A program made the translations under genes and the position numbers. DNA of 64,000 nt from a bacterium (GTDB lineage: Bacteria > Bacteroidota > Ignavibacteria > Kapaibacteriales > UBA2268), in contig JAZDIP010000104.1 in assembly GCA_043804925.1 (NCBI GenBank), forward strand, positions 63,538-127,537. Direction: 5' to 3'. Positions 36,999-47,153 of the stretch are shown here, piece after piece (the first letter of the stretch is position 1; each line of letters begins with the position of its first letter). The notes beneath the pieces are model-generated. The model was not told the DNA's origin and made no database searches. It saw nothing but the letters and a program-made list of their open reading frames with translations.

Positions 36999-38195
36999 AT
37001 GGTATTAAAATCTGAAATAGAATTAGCTTACACGTTGCAACAAAAAATGCAACCTAATAAATCTTTTATTAAAAGATTGTATCTCGATAATATAAGATAC
37101 AAAGACCCTCATATTGAAGTTATATCCGGTATTCGCCGATGTGGTAAAAGCACTCTGTTAAACCAGATAATGAAGAAGTTCGAAAAAACTGCATTTTTTA
37201 ATTTTGAAGACCCGCGAATTTTTGGTTTTGATTTGGGTGACTTCCAAAAGCTTGATGAAATAATGGGTGATAATATAGATGCTTATTTTTTCGATGAAGT
37301 GCAAAGTGTCGATAAATGGGAAATCTTTGTCAGGCAAATTCATAACAAAAACAAAAAAGTTTTTATTACAGGTTCAAATGCAACCATGCTTAGCAAAGAT
37401 TTAGGAACAAGACTGACAGGAAGACATATTCGACATGAATTGTTTCCTTTTTCCTATAAAGAATATTTGAAATATAAAAAATTACCGGATAACTCCAAAT
37501 CTTATGAGTTGTACATAAAAGAAGGAGGTATGCCGGAATTTTTAAGGGATGCAAATCCCGAGATATTACAAACGCTTTTACGTGATATTGTCTTTAGGGA
37601 TATTTCAGTTAGATATAATATCAAAAATACAAAAACTTTAATGGATTTGACATTGTATTTGTTATCCAACATCGGTAAGGAGTTTTCTTTTAACAGCTTG
37701 AAAAAACAATTTTCGGTCGGTTCGGCATCAACAATTTCCGATTATTTGTCATGGCTCGAAGATGCATACTTGTTCTTTTATCTGCCTCGTTTTAGCTGGT
37801 CTTCAAAAAATATGTCAGTAAACCCGCGTAAAGTTTACGCTATAGATACCGGCTTGGTTCAATCCAATTCCCTGAGCTTTACTGAAGACAAAGGAAGATT
37901 GCTCGAAAATGCCATTTTCTTATATCTAAAGCAAAAGTCATATAAGATTTTTTACTTCAGGGAAAAAGTTGAATGTGATTTTGTTATTTTTGATAATGAC
38001 AAATTAAAAATGCTTGTTCAGGTTTGCAATGAATTGCATCCCGATAATAAAGACAGAGAAATAAATGGATTATTAAATGCAATGAATTTCTTTGATTCCA
38101 AGGAAGGATATATCATAACATTGAAGACAAAAGATAAATTGAAATTTGATAATAAAATAATACATATTCTCCCTGCAAATGAATTTTGTAAATAA
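36999..38195 (+). CDS. AAA+ ATPase of the AAA_14/DUF4143 family (stand-alone predicted ATPase).
   Basis: Walker A GIRRCGKST; Walker B FFDEVQ; C-terminal DUF4143-like region (YFREKVECDFVIFDNDKL...). Confidence 0.7.
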   Translation: MVLKSEIELAYTLQQKMQPNKSFIKRLYLDNIRYKDPHIEVISGIRRCGKSTLLNQIMKKFEKTAFFNFEDPRIFGFDLGDFQKLDEIMGDNIDAYFFDEVQSVDKWEIFVRQIHNKNKKVFITGSNATMLSKDLGTRLTGRHIRHELFPFSYKEYLKYKKLPDNSKSYELYIKEGGMPEFLRDANPEILQTLLRDIVFRDISVRYNIKNTKTLMDLTLYLLSNIGKEFSFNSLKKQFSVGSASTISDYLSWLEDAYLFFYLPRFSWSSKNMSVNPRKVYAIDTGLVQSNSLSFTEDKGRLLENAIFLYLKQKSYKIFYFREKVECDFVIFDNDKLKMLVQVCNELHPDNKDREINGLLNAMNFFDSKEGYIITLKTKDKLKFDNKIIHILPANEFCK

Positions 38196-38211
38196 ATAAT
38201 TGGTGTTCGTT

Positions 38212-39489
38212 ATGAAAGCTAAAATATTAATATTATTCGTAATACTTGTAGGGACACATTGCAATGTGTCCCTACAGGCACAGGAACCGCTTCCTGATAC
38301 AGTTTGGACAAAGACCTTTCAAAATCCAATAACTATTAACTGTGTAAAATTCAGTCCTGATGGGCAGTATATATTTGCAGGAACAAATAATATTATTTTG
38401 CAAATAGAAACTTCTACCGGTAACATTTTCAGAACTTTGCAGTGGCACGATTGGAAGGTTTTCAATATCGATTTTTCTCCAACAGGTGATACCATATTAA
38501 GCTCCGGTGCTGATTATACTATTCGCCTATGGGATTATATAAGTGGTGATACAATACATTCTTTGAAATATGAACGACCGGATTCTTTAGATATTCAATT
38601 AGGTGAAATAGCTTATATTACACCTGATGGAAAGAGAATTATATCTTTGACAAATTGTTATGGAGATAATTATGACAATGTATATGTTTTTGATATTTCG
38701 TCAAAAGAATTAATTGGAAGAGCTGGAAATTATTACGGTGCAAATAAATTAAATATTTCACTAATTGGAAAATATTTTGCGATTGTGGGGTATCCTACAA
38801 TGGTAGCGTTATACGATTTAAACACATATCAATTAATAAAAGTACTTGGTTCGCATGAATCTCAAGTCAATGACATAGCATTTTCACCGGATGGTAAAAT
38901 GGTTGCAAGCTGTGGTGAAGATTGGAGAATATATGTATGGGATACTGAAACAAGAGAGTTAATACATGAATTTGGTATGGATGGTGCAGTTGTCTCTGTT
39001 AAGTTCTCAAATGATAATAAATTTTTAATTACAGGAGGTGGTGGATTTGAAAATTTGCACACAAGTGTATTTAATTTAACTATAGATGAAATACATTATA
39101 ATTATCCTATTCCATATGGAAGGCAAAGTATGGATATTTCCAGTGCAAATAATTTTCTCGTGGTTGGAGGTGGATATGATTTATTTTTACTAAATCCAAA
39201 ATGGGATATAACAGGTTTACAAGAAACTAATAAGTATGAAACAATAATATACCCGAATCCTGTTGATATGAAAGTTAATATTGATTTTAATGTTATTAAT
39301 CCCGGACTATTTAATATTGAATTATTAAATATAACAGGAAATTTTATTGAAAATATATTTTCAGGTTTTCTTGAACCCGGCAATCAAACGATTCAATTTA
39401 ATTGTAAAAATATTGCAAATGGAACTTACTTTATAAGGATAACAAGTCCCTCATTTACTAAAACAATCAAGCTGGTAAAGGAGAGCTGA
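38212..39489 (+). CDS. WD40/beta-propeller repeat protein with a T9SS C-terminal sorting domain.
   Basis: Signal peptide. Repeated ..FSPDG....G..D..I.LWD.. blades. C-terminal NGTYFIRITSPSFTKTIKLVKES is a Por-secretion-tail-like beta-sandwich. Confidence 0.65.
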   Translation: MKAKILILFVILVGTHCNVSLQAQEPLPDTVWTKTFQNPITINCVKFSPDGQYIFAGTNNIILQIETSTGNIFRTLQWHDWKVFNIDFSPTGDTILSSGADYTIRLWDYISGDTIHSLKYERPDSLDIQLGEIAYITPDGKRIISLTNCYGDNYDNVYVFDISSKELIGRAGNYYGANKLNISLIGKYFAIVGYPTMVALYDLNTYQLIKVLGSHESQVNDIAFSPDGKMVASCGEDWRIYVWDTETRELIHEFGMDGAVVSVKFSNDNKFLITGGGGFENLHTSVFNLTIDEIHYNYPIPYGRQSMDISSANNFLVVGGGYDLFLLNPKWDITGLQETNKYETIIYPNPVDMKVNIDFNVINPGLFNIELLNITGNFIENIFSGFLEPGNQTIQFNCKNIANGTYFIRITSPSFTKTIKLVKES

Positions 39490-39530
39490 AAGATGAAAAA
39501 ACCTATTTTATTATATTACCTAAAGCAATT

Positions 39531-40319
39531 ATGCAAATAAATCTTAACAACAAAACAGCCCTTGTTTGCGGTAGCAGTCAGGGAATAGGAAAAGCAATTG
39601 CAATCCAATTTGCAAATTCTGGTGCAAATGTAGTAATGATGGCGAGAAGTGAAGAACTCTTAAAAGATAATTTGAAAGAACTTGCGAATAATGGCTCACA
39701 AAAGCATTCATACATTTGCGCTGATTTTTCGGAACCTGAAAAAGCTGTCAGCAAAATCGGGGAATTCCTTGTAATGAATGGGAGTATTGATATTCTTGTC
39801 AACAATAGCGGAGGACCTGCCCCCGGGAAAATCAGCGATGCCGGTCAGGAAAGCTTACTTGACGCATTTAATCAACATGTTATCGCCTCTCAGTTGATAA
39901 CAAAAAAATTAATTCCGGGTATGATTGCCAATAATTTCGGTAGGATTATAAATATTATCTCAGTTGGGCTTAAGCAACCCATTGAAAACTTAGGTGTATC
40001 GAATGTTATAAGGGGTGCAATGGCAAGCTGGGCAAAAACTTTGTCAAGAGAATTGGCTCCACACGGAATAACAGTAAATAATATATTACCCGGATATACA
40101 TTAACATCCAGGTTAACGTCATTATTTGAAAACAGAGCCAAACAACAAGGTAAAACTTTTCAGGAAATATCAGACGGAATAAAAGCGAATGTCCCATCAG
40201 GCAGATTCGCAGAACCTGAAGAGCTGGCTTACGCGGCTTGTTTTTTAGCATCAGATTTTGCTTCCTATATCACTGGTATTAACTTACCTGTTGATGGGGG
40301 ATTCTTAAGCTGTCTTTAA
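39531..40319 (+). CDS. SDR-family NAD(P)-dependent oxidoreductase.
   Basis: TALVCGSSQGIGKAIA (TGxxxGxG) and NNSG motifs; 262 aa; C-terminal catalytic region. Confidence 0.75.
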   Translation: MQINLNNKTALVCGSSQGIGKAIAIQFANSGANVVMMARSEELLKDNLKELANNGSQKHSYICADFSEPEKAVSKIGEFLVMNGSIDILVNNSGGPAPGKISDAGQESLLDAFNQHVIASQLITKKLIPGMIANNFGRIINIISVGLKQPIENLGVSNVIRGAMASWAKTLSRELAPHGITVNNILPGYTLTSRLTSLFENRAKQQGKTFQEISDGIKANVPSGRFAEPEELAYAACFLASDFASYITGINLPVDGGFLSCL

Positions 40320-40696
40320 TAAGAAATTTGATTTCAGATTATTTTTTATTAATTTTTCCTTGTTTTAATTAAATTTTTCAACTATATTGCATTCAGATAA
40401 TTACTGATTTTTGAAAATAATTGAAAAAAAATTTTGTAATTAGCTAAAAGTTTTGCATTTTTGGATTTAGACGATTCTCCTCAGCAGCATGATGGGAATT
40501 ATGGACATGAGAAAAATTCATTTAAAAGTGAATTTTACAAACAATTATTAAATAAAAAGATAGCTATGCGGCCTGTATGGTTGTGTATAGTTGTATTTAT
40601 TTGTGTATAAGCCGAGCAGTGTGAATAAAGCAGCAAATTCGCACAATAAGCCATTTTTTATTAGTTTATTAAATTTAAAAAATTTAAAATTATTTA

Positions 40697-41494
40697 ATGC
40701 AGAAAAGAATTTTAAATAGAATTTTAAGAAAAATCTTCAAAAAGGAAAACCGCCTGTTTTTATATTTATCATTAGTTATTATATCAATACTTTTTCTTTC
40801 TGCGTATGCGAATAAATGGTCGTCGGGACAAACAATCGAAAGTTTTGTTATTACCGGAAATAAATTCATTCCTACCGATGAGTTACTTGGTAATGTTGAT
40901 TCATCTTTAATTGAATGTCTCAGGAACGATGTCGAACTCCTTGAACTCAAGGATGAAATTGTCAAACATCCATATATTTTAACTTCTTACGTGATGCAAA
41001 AAAATTCATCGGTTATCGAAATTGAAGTTACCGAAAGGATTCCTATTGCCTTGTTAGTCAAAAACGACGGAAATCTTTGTTATTGTGATGCAATGGGATA
41101 TATCCTGCCTTACAGATTATCACTACAATTTCATGAACTTCCGATATTGAGAAATTTATTTATATATGATAAGGTTGATACGAATGCTTTATTGGATGCT
41201 GTAAGTATTTTAAAGCGATTAGATAAACCTGAATTTTCAAGATTCGAGAGGATTGTTTCCGAGTTGGAATATGACAGAAAACGTAAATCTTTTATAATAA
41301 CAACAGGGGACAATGCTTATAAGGTTATTTTCGGTAATGCAAAAGATATTAATAAAAAGCTTGATTTAATTTGTGATTTTTTTGAAAATTCTTTACAGGA
41401 AATAAAAACATCCGACATCAAGTATATTGATACCCGTTGGGATGAGCGGATAATTGTACAAATGAACGATATTAATGAGCAGCCCAGTATGTAA
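40697..41494 (+). CDS. ftsQ: Cell division protein FtsQ/DivIB.
   Basis: N-terminal TM helix, POTRA-like region, position immediately before ftsA-ftsZ. Confidence 0.65.
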   Translation: MQKRILNRILRKIFKKENRLFLYLSLVIISILFLSAYANKWSSGQTIESFVITGNKFIPTDELLGNVDSSLIECLRNDVELLELKDEIVKHPYILTSYVMQKNSSVIEIEVTERIPIALLVKNDGNLCYCDAMGYILPYRLSLQFHELPILRNLFIYDKVDTNALLDAVSILKRLDKPEFSRFERIVSELEYDRKRKSFIITTGDNAYKVIFGNAKDINKKLDLICDFFENSLQEIKTSDIKYIDTRWDERIIVQMNDINEQPSM

Positions 41495-41653
41495 CAATTA
41501 ACGGATAGAATCAGAGAAATACCGTATTATTAGGAAAACGGTGAAAGTAGAGCAAGGAATGATGGGTGGCATGTTTTGAAATTTGGAACATATAATAAAT
41601 AGTGATTATAAGTGGAATAATAAATTTAAAAAAATAAATGGAAGATAGTAATT

Positions 41654-42943
41654 ATGAGTAAAAAACCAACTCCGAAAAATGGGACTCCGGTCAAACAGCA
41701 AATATCTGTTGGTTTGGACATTGGTACATCGAAAGTATGTGCTTTGGTGGCTTCACCCGGAGACAGACTAAATACTCTAAATATTCTGGGTATCGGTATA
41801 ACAGACAGTGATGGCTTAAACAGGGGCGTTGTTGTTAATATAGATAGAACCGTAAGGACTATTAAAACAGTAGTCGACCAGGCAGAACAACAATCCGGAT
41901 GTGAAATAAGGGAAGTAATTGTTGGGATTGCCGGAGACCACATTGAATCATTTCAATCGAGGGGTATTATTGGGATTTCTAATCCGACGAAAGAAATTCG
42001 TAAAAGCGATGTTGATAGAATAATAGAAGAATGCAGGAATATCAAGATTCCATCAGAACGTCAGATTTTACATGTCATACCTCAAGAATTTATTATTGAC
42101 GGACAAGACGGAATAATTGACCCTGTTGGAATAAACGGAGTTCGGTTAGAAGCGAATGTGCATGTCGTTACAGGATTGCAAACAGCCATTCAGAATTTAT
42201 ACAAGTGTGTCGAAAGAAACAATATTTCCGTCAAAGCTGTTGTTCTGGAACCCTTGGCGAGCAGCTATGCAGTTCTGGATTCAGAGGAGAAAGAAGTTGG
42301 TGTCGCTTTGATAGATATTGGTGGAGGCACTACCGATATAGCAATATTTGAAGAAAACATCATCAGATTTACTTCGGTTTTCGGGATTGCAGGTAAGCAG
42401 GTAACTGATGATATAAGAAAAGGACTTGGGATTATTGCTCATCAAGCAGAAAAACTGAAAAGAGATTATGGGCATTCTTTTATGGATTCAATTCATAAAG
42501 ATGATGTTTTCATGATACCGGGTATTGGTGGCAGAAAACCAACTGAAATTACAAAAAGCCAGTTCGCTAGAATAATTCAACCAAGAATGGAGGAAATATT
42601 TGAATTTGCCCTTGCTGAAATCAGAAGGAGCGGTTATGCAGGAAGCTTGGGAGCAGGAGTAGTGATTACCGGTGGTACTTCGCTGTTAAGAGGTACTGAA
42701 GGATTGGCTCATGAAATTTTTGGAATGCCTGTGAAAATTGGGAAACCATCCGGTATAACATATTCTGGTTTGGGGCCTGAAGTCGAAAATCCAATTTATT
42801 CAACAGCAGTTGGATTAGCTCTTTATGGTTTAAAAGACAGAAAGACTCAAACAGTAATCGAGCAAACAAAAAAAGATAAAGAGGAGCAAAAAGGCAGAAA
42901 AACCATATTTCAAAAAGTACATGAATTTTTAGAAGAACTGTAA
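41654..42943 (+). CDS. ftsA: Cell division protein FtsA.
   Basis: Actin-fold motifs VGLDIGTSKVCALV ... DIGGGTTDIAIF ... VITGGTSLL. Confidence 0.85.
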   Translation: MSKKPTPKNGTPVKQQISVGLDIGTSKVCALVASPGDRLNTLNILGIGITDSDGLNRGVVVNIDRTVRTIKTVVDQAEQQSGCEIREVIVGIAGDHIESFQSRGIIGISNPTKEIRKSDVDRIIEECRNIKIPSERQILHVIPQEFIIDGQDGIIDPVGINGVRLEANVHVVTGLQTAIQNLYKCVERNNISVKAVVLEPLASSYAVLDSEEKEVGVALIDIGGGTTDIAIFEENIIRFTSVFGIAGKQVTDDIRKGLGIIAHQAEKLKRDYGHSFMDSIHKDDVFMIPGIGGRKPTEITKSQFARIIQPRMEEIFEFALAEIRRSGYAGSLGAGVVITGGTSLLRGTEGLAHEIFGMPVKIGKPSGITYSGLGPEVENPIYSTAVGLALYGLKDRKTQTVIEQTKKDKEEQKGRKTIFQKVHEFLEEL

Positions 42944-43022
42944 TTAACGATTAATAGATAACGATGAAAAAGAATCTTTTGGGAATAAATGAATTGTTAA
43001 TATTTTTTTGGGGGGAAGCATA

Positions 43023-44342
43023 ATGATAGGACTGGACAACCAGGTATTAAACAGTGCAAAGATACGTGTTATCGGAGTTGGTGGCTGCGGGGGAAATGCC
43101 ATCAACAACATGATTGAAAAAAACCTAACCGGCGTAAGTTTTATTTCAGCAAACACGGACAAACAGGTGCTGGATACTAATTTGGCACAAATGAAACTTC
43201 AGATAGGGAAGGAAACCACACGTGGTCTGGGTGCAGGAGGCGATCCTGAAGTCGGCAGAATTTCTGCTGAAGAGAATATCGAGGAAATAAAGGAATCTTT
43301 GCTAAACAGCGATATGGTTTTTGTTACTGCAGGGATGGGCGGCGGAACTGGAACCGGAGCCGCTCCAATTATTGCTAAGGCAGCAAGAGATATGGATGCA
43401 TTAGTAGTGGCAGTTGTTACCAAACCTTTTTCGTGGGAAGGCAAAAGAGCTAAAATCGCCGAAGATGGAATTAATGAATTGAAGCAATTTGTTGATGCTT
43501 TGATAACAATCCCAAATCAAAAGCTTTTGGAAATAACAGATAAAAAGGTAACTTTTAAACAATCATATATGATTGTTGATGATGTTTTGTATAATGCTAC
43601 GAGAGGTATTTCCGACATAATCACCAAGCCGGGTCTGGTTAATGTGGATTTTGCCGATGTACGCAGTGTGATGAAAGGACAGGGCGATGCTTTGATGGGT
43701 ATTGGTATTGCTTCGGGAGAAAACCGGGCGATTGAAGCAACTAAAAATGCTTTGAATTCTCCGCTTTTGGAGAACGTATCAATAGCCGGAGCCCAGGGAG
43801 TTCTTGTCAATATTACGGGTAACGAAGAAATAACAGGTTTACACGAGATTGCCCAGGCAATAGCAATGATTGAAGAATGTGCCGGTCCTGAGGTTAATTT
43901 AATCCATGGTGTTGTTCTTGTTAGCGAACCGATGGAAGAACTGATGGTTACCGTTGTAGCTACCGGGTTTAATAATAAAGCCGAGAGGCCAAAAATGCAA
44001 AGACCCGCATTGAATCTTGGTTTTAAGGAAAAAGACATGTTCAACTTAAAACCAAAACAAGTTAGCGATATTTCTTTTGACAGAAAAGTTGAAACGATAC
44101 CCGAAAAGGTTGCAATACCGATGGGACGGCAGGTCAGCCCAAGAGGCGAAGATGAATTAAAAAAGCTCGATGTTCCGACTTTTATTCGAAGACTTGGAAA
44201 TCCTGAAGAACAAAATTCCTTAAATACTGACCAAGCTGTGCAGAACAGCGCTGAAAAAGTTCCTGCAGGATTGGGATTTGACAAAGCCGCTTCCTTAAAA
44301 AACTATGACCAGCCGGCGTTTTTAAGGAAGATTATGGACTAA
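43023..44342 (+). CDS. ftsZ: Cell division protein FtsZ.
   Basis: Tubulin signature GVGGCGGNAINNMI and GGGTGTGAAPIIA. The ATG at 43023 is preferred over the ORF-track TTG at 43008. Confidence 0.85.
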   Translation: MIGLDNQVLNSAKIRVIGVGGCGGNAINNMIEKNLTGVSFISANTDKQVLDTNLAQMKLQIGKETTRGLGAGGDPEVGRISAEENIEEIKESLLNSDMVFVTAGMGGGTGTGAAPIIAKAARDMDALVVAVVTKPFSWEGKRAKIAEDGINELKQFVDALITIPNQKLLEITDKKVTFKQSYMIVDDVLYNATRGISDIITKPGLVNVDFADVRSVMKGQGDALMGIGIASGENRAIEATKNALNSPLLENVSIAGAQGVLVNITGNEEITGLHEIAQAIAMIEECAGPEVNLIHGVVLVSEPMEELMVTVVATGFNNKAERPKMQRPALNLGFKEKDMFNLKPKQVSDISFDRKVETIPEKVAIPMGRQVSPRGEDELKKLDVPTFIRRLGNPEEQNSLNTDQAVQNSAEKVPAGLGFDKAASLKNYDQPAFLRKIMD

Positions 44343-44435
44343 TGAAATTGTTATATCAGCGTAATTATTTCTGTTGGTTGAAATTACTGACAGATTTAAA
44401 TATTGTATTTTGATTTCTCCCAAGGAATGAAAATT

Positions 44436-44467
44436 AACCGTCTTGGCTTGCTGAGACGGTTTTTTTA
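44436..44467 (+). terminator. Rho-independent terminator downstream of ftsZ.
   Basis: aaccgtct-tggcttgctg-agacggtt followed by TTTTTTT. Confidence 0.7.
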
Positions 44468-44860
44468 AATGAAATAAAATTTTTTTAGTTGTTTGTCAAA
44501 GAACGATGCAATAGTTAAAGTTGCGGTGCAATTCATGGGCTTTGTATCTCTTTTATTTCCTTGGCATTAGGAGCATCAGCGGAAAAAGTTGCATCAATTT
44601 CACCGATTTTTTCAGTTTTATTATCTGTTATCTGTAATCCATTTTTCGTTATTTTATAAAACCGAAATCAATTTACAAAGAACATGCTGGACAAATTTAG
44701 TTGTTAGGTATTAAACGTAATGGAAATTATTTTAAAAGGACTATTATTTTGTTCTCGGTTGTCAGTTATCGGTATCGGTTGAAAACGAAACAGTATCCTT
44801 CGACAAGCTCTGGAAGACCGCAGACAGCAGACAGCAGGCGGGAGGAAGAGAATACAGTTA

Positions 44861-45516
44861 CAGACAGATTCACTGAGGAGGCATGGAGGGACACAGAGAA
44901 GAAGTCTGAACCGTTGATTGTAGCTGATTGAACTGATTTTGGTGATTATTAACAGCGTAGCTGTGGTATCTATTATGTCGCCACTACGTGGCTTTGAGCG
45001 TTGTTGGTTGTCGTGTGCTACAAAGGTGATACCACTACGTGGTTAAGAATTTCTGTCGGAACTGGGATTTTTAGGATTTATGGGATGGACAGGAAAATTG
45101 CTGTCAGATGTAACAAAGACAGAACGAAATTAAAATGTAAAATGTAGAATGTAGAATGTAGAATTGAAGGCAGTTACACGGAGCTACACAGAGGAGGCAC
45201 AGAGGGACACAGAGAAAATGTCTGAACCGTTGATTGTAGCTGATTGAAATGATTTCGCTGATTTTTTTAACAGCGTAGCTGTGGTATCTTGGTAGAAAAA
45301 GTGAACCAATAGCGGTTTGAACAGCGTAGCTGTGGCATTTTTATATAATCGTAATTAGTAATCGTTAATTCGTAATTGAATCAATGCCGCCACTACGTGG
45401 CTTTGGTCGTTGTTGGTTGTCGTGTGCTACAAAGGTGATACCACTACGTGGTTAAGAATTTTTGTCGGAACTGGGATTTTTAGGATTTTTGGGATGGACA
45501 GGAAAATTGCTGTCAG
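44861..45516. repeat. Two tandem copies (about 44861-45107 and 45174-45516) of a composite repeat unit.
   Basis: The unit contains CACAGAG words, tctgaaccgttgattgtagctgattgaa, aacagcgtagctgtggtatct (x3), ccactacgtggc hairpins, gtcggaactgggatttttaggattt and a ctgtcag hairpin. AATGTAR heptamers (45121-45163) lie between the two copies. Confidence 0.7.
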
Positions 45517-45748
45517 TTGTAAAAAGTGACAGGACGGGAAAGCCACAGAGCCACACACCCCCTACCCCCCTCTTGATAGGGGGGACAAGAGACCCCACCC
45601 CTGCTCTCCCCGAATCAGGGAGGGAGAAGAAAGATGTAATCTTTAGGCGATATTTTTTTCCTCATCGCTTTTTGCTGTCAGGTGTAGGAACTGACAGAAC
45701 GGAATATTACCTCAATTTATTGATTCGAATGAGTAATTATATATACTA

Positions 45749-46327
45749 CTAAGGAGCTTCTTTTATTTTTAATATATTTTTTAATTCATCAATTACTTTT
45801 TTTAAATCATCAATTTCTTTTCTAAGTTCAATTTCCTTTAATCCTTTAACTAGTTTATCAGTTAATACAGCCAGGAGACTAGAAAAAGCATTAGTTATTG
45901 AATGTAAAGTTTGCGGTAAAAAACCACTTAATCCTAAGAAAGCAAAAACAAATAAAAACAAATCCGACCAATCTAGAACTATTTGGTTACCACATTCCAC
46001 AATGTTCAAATTTTTTCTTGCAAAAATATACAAGCAAATCCACCCAAAAAATCCACCCATGAAATTAAAAACGAATTGTAAACCACCATGAACAATATGA
46101 TGATATAAAAAAACACTATTAAATGATTTCCAAGGTTTTTCAAAATTCTTTTTTAATTCAATTTGATTTTTTGTATCATTTTCATATTTTTCATGATTAA
46201 ATATATAATTTGCCTTGTTTGATCTAGTGTCATGCCAATAGTATCGAAGACCAAAATATAAACCAAAAATTGTTGCAAAATAAATCCAAGAATCAGCTAT
46301 AAATTCAAGAAATTTTTCGAGATTCAT
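45749..46327 (-). CDS. Hypothetical membrane protein (192 aa; about 3 TM helices plus a C-terminal coiled coil). Second gene of an unknown two-gene cassette.
   Basis: TM segments WIYFATIFGLYFGL, VFLYHHIVHGGLQFVFNFMGGFFGWICLYIF, LFLFVFAFLGLSGFL. C-terminal KEIELRKEIDDLKKVIDELKNILKIK. No recognisable family. Confidence 0.5.
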   Translation of the reverse strand: MNLEKFLEFIADSWIYFATIFGLYFGLRYYWHDTRSNKANYIFNHEKYENDTKNQIELKKNFEKPWKSFNSVFLYHHIVHGGLQFVFNFMGGFFGWICLYIFARKNLNIVECGNQIVLDWSDLFLFVFAFLGLSGFLPQTLHSITNAFSSLLAVLTDKLVKGLKEIELRKEIDDLKKVIDELKNILKIKEAP

Positions 46328-46354
46328 ATTATCTCCTTTCTGTAAATTATTTAA

Positions 46355-46993
46355 TTAATACAACGACAATGATCTTTGTCTAAAAATATAAAAGTAATTC
46401 AAAGTTGGATTTTTGGTAAGTTCATCACCATTAGCGAGTGAATACTCAAAATCCACATCAAATTTTAAAATTTCATCATCTCCATAATTATTTTTTTTAT
46501 TGTAGTAAATGTCTTTATAACTTTCACCTGCTAATTTTAAATATCTATCGATATCAATCCATCCATTAAAGATCCCAAATGGTTGAATTGTACGGTATTC
46601 TTTACCTCCATAAAAATCATTTGTTTCATACAGTTTACCAAAAACTACAGATTTTATAATACATCTACATTTTAAAGGATATTTTGTGAAATTTTGCATA
46701 ATAACCCTAAACTCATGATTTTCATGTACTGTACCTAGAGGTTCATATTTCTTTTGATCTTCCGCTGAAATTAACTTTACACTTGCACTTAAAATTAAAT
46801 CCTGTCGATAAATTTTGTAGTTATAATAAGTATAATAAATCAAAGCTATAAAGGTAATGAATAAAATGAAATCATTGTTACTTAGATTCATATGAAAACA
46901 AAATCTTAGTAATAAATAAAAAATGAACCATAACAAAATAATTAGGAAAATTGATTTAAATTTTTGAAAAAATTTTATACTTTTATTTTTCAT
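46355..46993 (-). CDS. Hypothetical membrane protein (about 212 aa; 2 N-terminal TM helices plus a ~150-aa soluble C-terminal domain). First gene of the unknown two-gene cassette.
   Basis: The ATG at 46993 with an AAGAGGTG RBS is preferred over the ORF-track start at 47020. TM helices IFLIILLWFIFYLLL and FILFITFIALIYYTYY. The C-terminal domain has no known motif. Confidence 0.5.
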   Translation of the reverse strand: MKNKSIKFFQKFKSIFLIILLWFIFYLLLRFCFHMNLSNNDFILFITFIALIYYTYYNYKIYRQDLILSASVKLISAEDQKKYEPLGTVHENHEFRVIMQNFTKYPLKCRCIIKSVVFGKLYETNDFYGGKEYRTIQPFGIFNGWIDIDRYLKLAGESYKDIYYNKKNNYGDDEILKFDVDFEYSLANGDELTKNPTLNYFYIFRQRSLSLY

Positions 46994-47013
46994 ATAACAC
47001 CTCTTAATTATTT

Positions 47014-47110
47014 TATTCATAAAACATATTTATTTCTTCTTCAGGTGTATCTATTCTTTTCACACTCTTTGTCGGAACTGTGATTTTTGTGATTTGTGTG
47101 ATTTTTATGA
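47014..47110. repeat. Left direct repeat of a ~55-bp pair flanking the GxxExxY gene, plus a GTCGGAACTGTGATTTTTGTGATT word repeat.
   Basis: attattttattcataaaacatatttatttcttcttcaggtgtatctattctttt closely matches 47644-47700. gtcggaactgtgatttttgtgatttgtgtgattttt is related to 45055, 45465, 47558 and 47611. Confidence 0.65.
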
Positions 47111-47153
47111 TAAAACAAAATCATGTTTTCATATTAATCATATAAATCATAGT

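Noticed and set aside
43199-44284. 255-aa minus-strand ORF antisense to ftsZ
   Set aside because: It is a shadow ORF of ftsZ with a Ser/Thr/Ala-rich translation typical of an antisense GGN-rich gene.
44701-45752. ORFs 44701..44931 and 45462..45752 in the repeat island
   Set aside because: They run through tandem, hairpin and GC-rich repeat units and give low-complexity translations (poly-Pro/Thr). Treated as non-coding.
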